64,000 nucleotides of DNA, from positions 12,400,001 through 12,464,000 of the forward strand of contig OZ176051.1 of the NCBI GenBank assembly GCA_964247055.1, in the 5' to 3' direction. Source of the stretch: Paragordius varius (lineage: Eukaryota > Animalia > Nematomorpha). Positions 49,246 to 59,000 of the stretch are shown piece after piece (positions within the stretch are counted from its first letter, which is position 1; the number at the start of each line of letters is the position of its first letter). The notes under the pieces were generated by a model, which worked only from the letters and a program-made list of their open reading frames with translations, was not told the origin of the DNA and made no database searches. The position numbers and the translations under genes are program-made.

Positions 49246-50009
49246 ATCTATAGAAATAAGAATTTTCCTGAATAGTCATGTTTTTGGTTTTAAAGGCAGA
49301 CGATCATGCTGTGGTATTTAAAATTGTTAACCCTTTGTAGCATGATTATAATTTTTCGATTGAAAACCAAAAAAATAATCATATGCCATTTTATAAAATA
49401 AATATAAAACAATTTTATCAAATCTATTTGGACTATAAAACCATGGAGTAATTCCTAGACCATTAAAACCGAAACCGGGTTAGCTTATAAAAATATAGAA
49501 AGGATGGTGAGAAAGTGATACTGGAAAGATGTTGGTTCTAACCCAACAATATCGGTAAAATTTTCGGAACCAAGTTCCGGTTTAACAATCTGCCAAAGAT
49601 TGAATTCATCTTGGAGTTCGAGACCCCTGTGATATGGTCAAACAAATGATAGCTCAATTCGACTTAGTGAATGGATTTATCATGTGACTTTAGCTGGAAA
49701 CATTTATTTATTTGAAAAATAATTTTGCAGTACGATGTAAATTCCAAAGAGTTAATTTAATCAAGACATGACCCCTAAATTGCGGTCATTATGATAATAA
49801 TAATTAAAGTTATTTTTGGTTATTCAACTTCTTTAATATATATTATACCATCTGTATGCATAAACCATTGCCTCTTAACAAACGTATTTGGCACGCATGT
49901 GTGATTTTTAAAAGGTGGTTATCTAAAAATAAATTTTCTCCCACATAGTAACCCATAAAAGAATAAAATTATTGATTTTTAGGCATTATTAGTAACATTT
50001 TAATACACA

Positions 50010-50332
50010 TATATAAAGGTTTAATTTTTTAACGATAATATAATCCAAAATTTTATTATTTCAATCTTCACTTATTATTCTCACCCCGTGAAAAAGTATA
50101 GTTTGATAATCATTACACAAATTTTTAAAAGGTTGCCGATTTTTATAAAAAATGTGTTTTAACCAAAGTTGGACTTTTTACTAATTGAATCGTAAGACCA
50201 TTAAATTTTTTTATCAAAGTCGGTCCAATATAAGTCCCAAAAATAAATGATGCTTAATTATTTTCTTATTAAAGAGTAAAACCCAAAAACTTAATATATT
50301 ATATGTATTTCTTTTTTTTGGTATATACACAG
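50010..50332 (+). promoter_or_regulatory. TATA box, non-coding exon and 5'-UTR intron of microprotein gene 1
   Basis: TATATAAAG at 50010; candidate donor aa|gtatag at 50096 (alternative gtaaga near 50192); acceptor tacacag| at 50332, 20 nt before the ATG. Confidence 0.5.
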
Positions 50333-50352
50333 CCAACAAAACAAAAAAAGTA

Positions 50353-50550
50353 ATGGATAAAGTTAATAATGCCATGGATAGAGCGGGTGACAGCATGAAA
50401 GCCGGTTGTGATAAGGTTAAAAGTGGTGTTCAAGGTATGCAAGACCAAATGCATAATGCAGGCGGGAAAATGCATCAAGCCCAAAATGAAATGCAATCTG
50501 GCGCGAATCAAATGGCCCAAGGTGCCGATCGAATGACCAAAATGAACTGA
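50353..50550 (+). CDS. Small Met-rich hydrophilic LEA3/hydrophilin-like protein, 65 aa (microprotein 1)
   Basis: GC-enriched ORF in an AT-rich background. No L/I/F/W/Y/P; 10 Met. Hydrophobic residues fall at 3/4 spacing (1,4,8,11,15,19,22,26,29,33...). Splice acceptor upstream; AATAAA ~220 nt downstream. Confidence 0.85.
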   Translation: MDKVNNAMDRAGDSMKAGCDKVKSGVQGMQDQMHNAGGKMHQAQNEMQSGANQMAQGADRMTKMN

Positions 50551-51766
50551 GGAATAAAACTTTTCAATTCTCATTTTTATCAATTATTAATTCATCTTTT
50601 CCATTTACAAAATTAATCTATCCCATTGTTAGCGTAGTATAATTAGCGCAGTTTTTTGGATATTGTAAAATGATGCATATTCATTAATGTATATGATTTG
50701 TACATGTGCAATGCATCGTCTTCTGTAAATTATTGTTGTTTTATAACTGCCCAAAAATCTTTTCCGAAATTAATAAATTAGTTGTAACTTATAAATATTA
50801 TTAAAACTATCAAAATAAAAACGATTTAAAGTTCACTAGTATGCGGAAACGAAACCCGCAGAAGTAAAAAATATGTTTTTTAGACGTATATTACTCTAAA
50901 GGTCTTAGACTAAAACAAAAACCCTTATTTATTTAAACATTTTTCGGAGAACTATTTATAATGTTCGAATAGAGATTCTTATTCCCACTTTTTCTTTGCC
51001 AAATGTATTTTTTATTAACTTCGAATGGCAAACAAAAAATATCGTCTCATTAAGTAAATTAATAAATAATTAAATATATTTTTTGCACAAATTTCATTTA
51101 TGATGATAAAAAGAATTATGATGTAAAATTCAAAGGTACCACGAATATAACCTGATTATATATATATATATATTCATATATTAAAATCTTGTATTTTAAG
51201 TCTTGGCGTGTTTTTTCAAAAGCTAATTTATAATATTTCATAAAAAAACCCAAAACCGGAGACATTATTAATTATAAACTTAAATCCTTAATCACGAAAA
51301 GTATATAATCATCTATAAAAAACGAAATAATTTTTATTAAATTCAAAGTATATAATTTGGAGTCATACATTTTCAAATGCAAAGATGTGCTCTTCTAAAA
51401 AAAGCAAAAAGAGCCGAAATCGCATGGTATTAAGCAGACAAAAGGAAAATGTAAAAACACATTTTATTTGGAAGATAAATGCTAAACACTTCAAATATTT
51501 TGGTTGAAAGATCCGTTGAAATCAAGTTTAACTAATAGATTAAAAAGGTTTTTATCAAAAACTGGCCGATTCTAACAAAGTTTAAAATTATATTATCATA
51601 AATATAGTTTATAACATATTTTTCAATATTAAGAAGAAACTATCTTTAATCGAAATAATTATAATTATCGGTATGAAATTTTTATATCTGAAGCTTACAA
51701 CATAAAATATACCCGAAACTAGTTTCACGTGTCAAATAAATGAATCCCATAAACTTGTAGATAATA

Positions 51767-52039
51767 CAGTAAAAACTGAAATTATACGGACAAAACGTAA
51801 AAATTTAAAGTCAAATATTTTTTCTAAAAGATAACCATACTTTTTAAATCTTGAACCTAAATATAACTCATTGTTTAAAATGATAAAATGTAAAATCCAA
51901 CACACTTAATTCTAATTTTACAATTGTAATTTAAATAGCTTATATGGGAAAAATTTAGGTTTAAAAAAGTATGGTTGTTTTTTCAATAAAAACATTCTTT
52001 ATATTTTTACTTTTTGTCCGTATAATTATATTTTTACTG
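51767..52039. mobile_element. pogo/Tigger-like MITE (TA TSD)
   Basis: TA|CAGTAAAAACTGAAATTATACGGACAAAA ... TTTTGTCCGTATAATTATATTTTTACTG|TA. Confidence 0.75.
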
Positions 52040-52164
52040 TAATTGTTATATTATATTCAAAATTTGAAATTTCGCATGACTTATAACCATTGGGGTTTTG
52101 TACCTTTTAAATTCATCCGACATTTAAAAATAAGCATAATAAATAGATTAAAAAAATAATATTA

Positions 52165-52362
52165 CAGTCATTTATGATTAGAATTGTCAAACATACGTTT
52201 TTAATTGTACTTTTTTTTTAATTGTTTACAATAAATAAATTATTATTTTATGGCTTCAAAATGCGCACGCTGAAAGTTGACATATCAAACATCATAACAA
52301 TTAATAACAAAAGTAAAATTTATTAAAAACATATGTTTGACAATTCTAAACATACATAACTG
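52165..52362. mobile_element. Tc1/mariner-type MITE (TA TSD)
   Basis: TA|CAGTCATTTATGATTAGAATTGTCAAACATA ... TATGTTTGACAATTCTAAACATACATAACTG|TA. Confidence 0.75.
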
Positions 52363-53824
52363 TATCTGAGATTTTATCTTGGATTTTTCTCGCCATATAT
52401 TACAAATGAATATTTTCTATGATTGCTCCCTCCCCCCGCCCGCCTGACCCCGTCATGTTGGGTTTTTTAATTAAATAAACGCTTATAAACTAATTATCAT
52501 CTTAATGCACTTTTTCGATTTTTAATTATGGTTTTAACCTTTTCGCTGTAATTTTCAAGTAGAGAGAAAATCCTCCACAAACTTACTAGTTTGTGATCTT
52601 CGTAAAACAAACATAAATTAATATTAAAACTTTTTTGCAATTTCATTTTTTGTTCACGAAGACATTTAGGGGTAGTTTTCTACCCTTAGAGTGATTAAAA
52701 TTGAAACCTGTTTCTCCTGTATTAAATTAAAATTCTTAGTATTTAATAGTTTAACTTGTAGCTAATATTAAAATCAATAATATCAGAATCTGGTAAATTT
52801 TAAATCTTTTCAAAGTTGTTTATTATATATTTAATTATAACCTACAATTATTTGCCACGATTTAAAAATAAATAAAAAAAATGGCGGCGAAAAAGTTTGA
52901 AATCAAGATTTTTTGTTGAAAAATTTTTGTATCTTGCGCCTTGATATTTTTATATTTAGCCCAATGCTAAAATTTATTTGAATATAAATGGCCCGAAGGT
53001 ATAAAACTACCCCCAAAGGTCATGAAGTGTTAAATTTTTAATTAACTATCTTAATATTATTTATTATATACTACCAATTATATTTAAGATTAATTTAATT
53101 GAGGATTGACTATAATCATTTTGGGAAAAAATTCACTAAAATTTAAATATTTATATAGGGATTTTAGGAGCTGTTTATATCTAGTAATGTAAAATTTAAA
53201 CGACAAATATGCAGATATATAATGCTCACAAGGTATGTTTTCTTATGAAAAGATACTGGTACTACAATCTCAATTTTGTTCAACTTTCTCTATTAAGATA
53301 AGAATATGGTTATACTTTTTCAATCCAATTTTACAACAACTCAATATACCAACACAAATACTTATTAAAAAAATTTGTACCATAAGTGTTAAAAATAAAA
53401 AAAGCTCAAAATTGACATCCTTTATCATATATTCAAAATTATAGGAAAAGAATAAATTTTACTAAAAAGGTATGATGTAAAAAGATATGAAATACGTCAA
53501 TATTTTGATTTTTTCACAATTATTTTTAATGAGCACCTTAAATTTGGCTTATAATATGAAAATATCTATAATAATTGCTTGGGGGTAGAAGCCATTTATA
53601 TACATTGGCCCCGAGTTATACAGCTATACCATAATTTGTCCAACCAATTATATATTTTATTGATTTTCGATTTAATTGATTGAATGCCACAGAAAGAATG
53701 GTAGTGCCAATTAATTAAATGTTAATTTACTTTGGGCAATGGCATAAAGCCTGCAATGACAAGGGATGATTTAACAATTAAAATATATGATATGGCAGGT
53801 AGAGAGAGGTAGGTAATTTTTAAT

Positions 53825-53978
53825 TATAAATAATTTTCCATTTTTAAGTTTATACTTACCTTACAATTCAAAACCAGGTAAAGTATTCGTTAAATATTGA
53901 TAAAATCTTTGTAAAAAAATAACAGCAGAAGTAAATATGTCCTTGAAATTTAATTTAATAATTCTATAATATTAACAG
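53825..53978 (+). promoter_or_regulatory. TATA box, short non-coding exon and 101-nt 5'-UTR intron of microprotein gene 2
   Basis: TATAAATA at 53825; strong donor CAG|gtaaagt at 53878; acceptor ttaacag| at 53978, 8 nt before the ATG. Confidence 0.65.
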
Positions 53979-53986
53979 ATAAAAGT

Positions 53987-54136
53987 ATGGAAAATACGAA
54001 GAAAGGTATGGAAAAAATGGCTGAAGGAATGAAGGCCGATGCCCACGAGGCCAAAGGCTATGCAAAAGGTGCCGCCGATCAGATGAAAAGTCAAGCCCAA
54101 AGCGCTGCAAACAATGCTAATAAAAATATGAAATAA
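53987..54136 (+). CDS. Small Ala/Met/Lys-rich LEA3/hydrophilin-like protein, 49 aa (microprotein 2; not in the ORF track)
   Basis: MENTKKGMEKMAEGMKADAHEAKGYAKGAADQMKSQAQSAANNANKNMK*. GC-enriched; gapless similarity to microprotein 1; spliced 5' UTR; AATAAA ~115 nt downstream. Confidence 0.85.
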   Translation: MENTKKGMEKMAEGMKADAHEAKGYAKGAADQMKSQAQSAANNANKNMK

Positions 54137-54594
54137 ATTTCTAAATTAACTCTCATATGCATCATATATTATCATCACATTATAATTTATGTTTATGCGA
54201 CGAAATTGTTGCTTAAAAATGTGTCAAATTACGCAAATTATTGATTGTTGAATAAATACATTACATAAAATATATTTAATGATTGATTAAATTACAGAGT
54301 ATAATTGCAATTAATGCTATTTCCGCAAATTGCAATTTTTATGCTAAGAATCATAAATCCAGATGCGTTTTTTCAATACTAGGCCTATTTTGTTAAATAA
54401 AGCATATCATTCTCAAGTGATCGTTCATTATATACAAATATTGTGTTGTCATGCTTATTAATCAATAAAAATAGGTCTCTCTTTTATATTGCATTGAAAA
54501 ACGGGGTATATGCGTTTTATCGCTTATCTTCGCCTTGCGCATATAACCCTTTTTGTTAACGTAGCATGAGTTGACATTTTACCACAAATAATAG

Positions 54595-54740
54595 TATATA
54601 AGACATGACCTAGGATCTATATTTAAAATATCACTTTTTCATTCACACTTTTTCATACACCACCAAGTATATTTTTCTTATTATCCGTTTGTTTTTAATT
54701 TATTGCGAGGAAAACTTATATTTAATTTGATCTACTATAG
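54595..54740 (+). promoter_or_regulatory. TATA box, non-coding exon and 74-nt 5'-UTR intron of microprotein gene 3
   Basis: TATATAAG at 54595; CA/pyrimidine-rich leader; donor aa|gtatat at 54667; acceptor actatag| at 54740, 21 nt before the ATG. Confidence 0.6.
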
Positions 54741-54761
54741 ACTCACTCACTCACAACACAA

Positions 54762-54962
54762 ATGGACTCCAACAAAGGTAAAATGGGACAAAGTGCCGGT
54801 CAACACGGAAGTGCCGGAGCTGGACATATGGGACAATCTGGCGGTATGGGTGGTGCCGGCCAACACGGTGGTATGGGCGCAGGAATGCAAAACAAAGGAG
54901 GAAATTGCGATAGTGGAAAATGCCAAGATTCTGCCCACCAACACGGACAAAGCAAAAACTAA
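54762..54962 (+). CDS. Small Gly/Gln/His/Met-rich hydrophilin-like protein, 66 aa (microprotein 3)
   Basis: 20 Gly in 66 aa; repeated MGQS.G / GQHG motifs; only 10 amino-acid types; strongly GC-enriched; acceptor upstream and AATAAA-like signals downstream. Confidence 0.85.
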   Translation: MDSNKGKMGQSAGQHGSAGAGHMGQSGGMGGAGQHGGMGAGMQNKGGNCDSGKCQDSAHQHGQSKN

Positions 54963-56031
54963 AACACCCTTTTCAAACATTAAATTAACTTTATCGTAGT
55001 TTTACATAACAACACCCAATGTACACCACACATTTTATTAACGCAAAATAAATAATGCATTAATGTCAAAAATGATTGTAATAAATCGTAAATTGTATTT
55101 TATTATACGCTATATACAGCCTTTGTCTGAAAAATAGTTATAAAATTTGATGTTCAAAGAAAAAAGTATTCATTAAGGGTCACATTAATAATGTAGAGAA
55201 ACGATTTATTTTGACACTAAAGCCAAGTATATTAGTCAACAAGTGATAACTTAAAATTGCGACCTTTAAAAAATCCTATATCTGTTCCGTCAAAAAACCA
55301 TTTTTTAGTCCATTTAAATAATGCAATTTAATCGACATAAACCGAAATAGACCAGAAGACATAGATAAAAGTCATTTTATTACATTCTCACAGTAGATCT
55401 AATTTAAAACATCTAAAAGTTGCTTTGATGGGGAATTCTTCCGCATCTACCCACTATTAACCTGTTGACATCTGACATATTACCTCTTGACATCAGTGGG
55501 GGACTCTCGCAAATAATTTTAAAGACGTTAAAAATCGATTTAGGAATTAATAATTATGGGCAAAAAAGATAATCATTTGTCAGTTATGGATGGACATTTA
55601 TATATATTTCCAGAGAGATGGTTCAAAAGCTAATATGTTTTTAAACAAAAACCGGCTAAAATCTCAAATTACACACCTGGTAACAATTTATATTAATATT
55701 ATAAATTTATATAAGAATCAATTATATTCTAACACCGATTGGCTAATATAAAAATCAAATACTAATGGTATATGGAAATATATATATATAATGTGGTGTA
55801 TAAAAATGAGTATACAAACGATTAATTGTAAAATATGTTTTCAGTTAATATATAACATCTTGCCCAGCCAGTAAAATATGAAAATATAATTACGATTCTA
55901 AGAAGTTTACATGTATAAATTATAAACATATAATAATAATATAATTAATACTAATGATAAAATATGCGATAATACTCTATAAATAAATATACGATTTTTC
56001 TGTAATGAGATATATCTCAAAAAACTCTTAT

Positions 56032-59000
56032 TTAACTCTTTTCATCTCCTGCGTGTTCCTTTTCATTTGAATCTTGTTGTGTCTTTTTAGGCCAAGGCCA
56101 TTCACTGCCAACTTTAATAAGGATCCGATCTTTACTTTGAAAATTTTTTTCAACCAGTTCCTACCCAGCATACAAATAAAAATTATATAAATAATCAAAA
56201 TAAATATAATGTAATAACATACACACACACCTCGTATTAAAAAAGAATCAGGAAAAGTAATTAAAATTTTGAGACCTTTGGTTTTAAAACTCTTAAACCC
56301 TTAATTTTTAAAATGGTTATATTTATCCAATATAATTCAACCGAAGCACATAATAATTATAAACTAGATAAATATCATATATCATTTTTTTATACCAAAA
56401 AATCTCTTAATAAAAGATGATAATAGGCCAAATAAAATATACTGTAAAACAGAATTAAATTCAAACATGTTTACTTAGTTTATATTTTATTATTTTTGGC
56501 TCATTATTGTGGGATATCTAATTAATCTAAATGCGCCGATTATTTAATAAATATCATGAGGGGTAAGAGGATTGTAAAATTTTACGCTATTTAAATTGAA
56601 GAAACTTGCTCTATACATAAATTTCTGTTAGATGGTATATTATTATTATAAAGATAGTAGTATACCATTTGCACTTCAAGAGTGTCCTTGAACACTTTAA
56701 ATTGGCCCTTAAACTATTGAAGTTGGTTCTTTAACACTTCAAGTTGGTCCTTGAACACTTCAAGTTGATCCTTGAACATTTCAAGTTGGTCCTTGAACAC
56801 TTCAAATTGGTCCTTTGACATTTTTTGTTTAGTTTTAAACTTTACCAATCAAATTGTATATGATTCATCTATTCGTTTTTAACCTATTTTCTATTATTTA
56901 ACATAAATTTTAAATCAATATCACCTTTTAATTATTAAAAAACCGTATATCTTTATTAATTTCTTAAAATTATTTTGAATATTTAAAAGATGTCATTTAA
57001 AAATTTATAATTTTGTTGAATTGGAAAAAAATTAGGCTGATACAAAAAAGTGGTTTTTGAATAAAAATTTTAATTTTAAATGAATAAATATATAATAAAT
57101 AAAAAAAATTAGGTTGAAAAATAAAAAAATAAAAAAATATATCCAAAAATTATGGTTTAATCAAAATTTACAAATTCAAAGGACCAACATGAAGTGTTCA
57201 AGGACCAACTTGAAATGGTCAAAGACACTCTTGAAGTGCAAATGGTATGATTTAAATATTTCGACAAGTTTTTTCCTTTTAAAAAAGACCATTTTTGGGG
57301 AGGGGTATTAGGGAACAAGTATATTTTCAAAAATATTTTAAAAAAAGTTTAAATCATTAGAGTTTTCGATTTTTTCGACCGCTGCTTTTTAGAAAAAGTC
57401 AGATGTAAAATTCAGCAAAACTCCTTCAAATTTTGTATTTTGACTTGTTTCGTACAATAATAACAAAATAATTATAAAATGAAAGAACTAAAGCGTCTCT
57501 AACCCCAATTATCAAAATGAAATTTGACATCAAAATTGATAGCTAAATAGAATACAAATTGATAATCAAATAATTTAAAAATATCTAAAAAATATGTTTG
57601 TTTACTAAATCAAAAGTTAAGAGTTATTTTTAGCAAGAGCAAAAAAATTAGGGATATCTAAAATGCAAATTATTTATTTATCACATATATGTGCCAAAAT
57701 TTATTATGAGTCATCAATTAAAATGCATCCATATATACAAAACAACAAAAAAACCAAAAAATATTAATTATAATTAGAAATAGCCATATTATGTAAATAA
57801 AAATAGAGGAGAGATAAAAAAAAATACACCTATAAAAATTTATAATTAATTAATTAATTAAGGAAATACTATCCTTTAGGCGTTCAATTATATCATACTT
57901 TTGGCATTAATGTGTCTCTTATACACTAATTCATATGGAATAATTAAAGCACTACCCCAAATGGTATGAATCATTCATCTAAATATACCTAATGTACTAA
58001 TGTTGTGTTTTTAATTGGAAAAAAATAAACAGCTCGGACTGTGCTAGAAAATCCATTTTTATTAACATCATTTTTACTCAAAATTAAATAAAATCTTTAG
58101 TTTTAATCCACATATTCTAGAGATTAAATGGTAATTTTAACCCTGATTTAAAAAGTTGTCTCGTTATATAAAAGGTTATACCAAGTGTCATTAAAAGGTA
58201 TTACGAACCCTGTGAAAAACATACGGAAATAAAGCCAAACACCGATCACACAATTAAAAACATATAAAACACAAAACACTCTGTATAAATACCATTTTGT
58301 TACAAAATTAGTGATTAAATTAAATAGGGAGTTTTACACAAAATCATTGGTGAATACATTATCTTTAAAACATGTTTAAAATTAAAAAAACGTATTATTA
58401 TATGTTTTTGATGTGCATATCTTAAATAAAAATAGAAGAAACAATTTAAATTAATTTACAGTATGCTTTATAATGGTTGCTTATTTAAAACTATAGTAGG
58501 GCAATTTGCAACACATAAGTTTATAGGAAAAGAAAGGAAATAATTGCTTATGCAACATTTTGTCGTATTTTTCCATACAGTATTGGTTGCAAATTGTCCG
58601 TGAATAAGCAACCATTAAAATGCACACTGTATATTATACAATATGCATTTTAATCATTAATTTCGCACTATAGAGCAATTTGCAACATAGTAGTGTATGG
58701 AAAAAAGAAAGGAAATAATTGTTTATGCAACATTTTGTCGTTTTTTTCCATACAGTATTGTGTTGCAAATTGCCTAACTCTATAGTATGAAATAATCAAC
58801 CATTAAAATGCATACTATAAGTTTAAGTTAGAAATAAATATATTTTACCTCATTATGTTTTATATTTTCAGTCCAATCCATTTTCCCCATTTTTTCAATA
58901 CTTTTAACAATAAGCTTCAAAGTTTTTTGGGAACATCGTTTAACCGTTTCTAATACCATCCCAACTGATACCTTAAGACATAATATTTTTTATTATAAGC

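Noticed and set aside
50299-50583. Antisense 94-aa ORF over microprotein 1; likewise 54703-54999 (+) and 54747-54980 (-) over microprotein 3
   Set aside because: These are shadow frames of GC-rich coding islands. The splice acceptor, ATG context and paralogy support the short sense frames.
50620-50720. UGUA-containing (Pumilio-like) motifs in the microprotein 3' UTRs
   Set aside because: There is no exact UGUAHAUA match shared by all three, and such motifs are expected by chance at this AT content.
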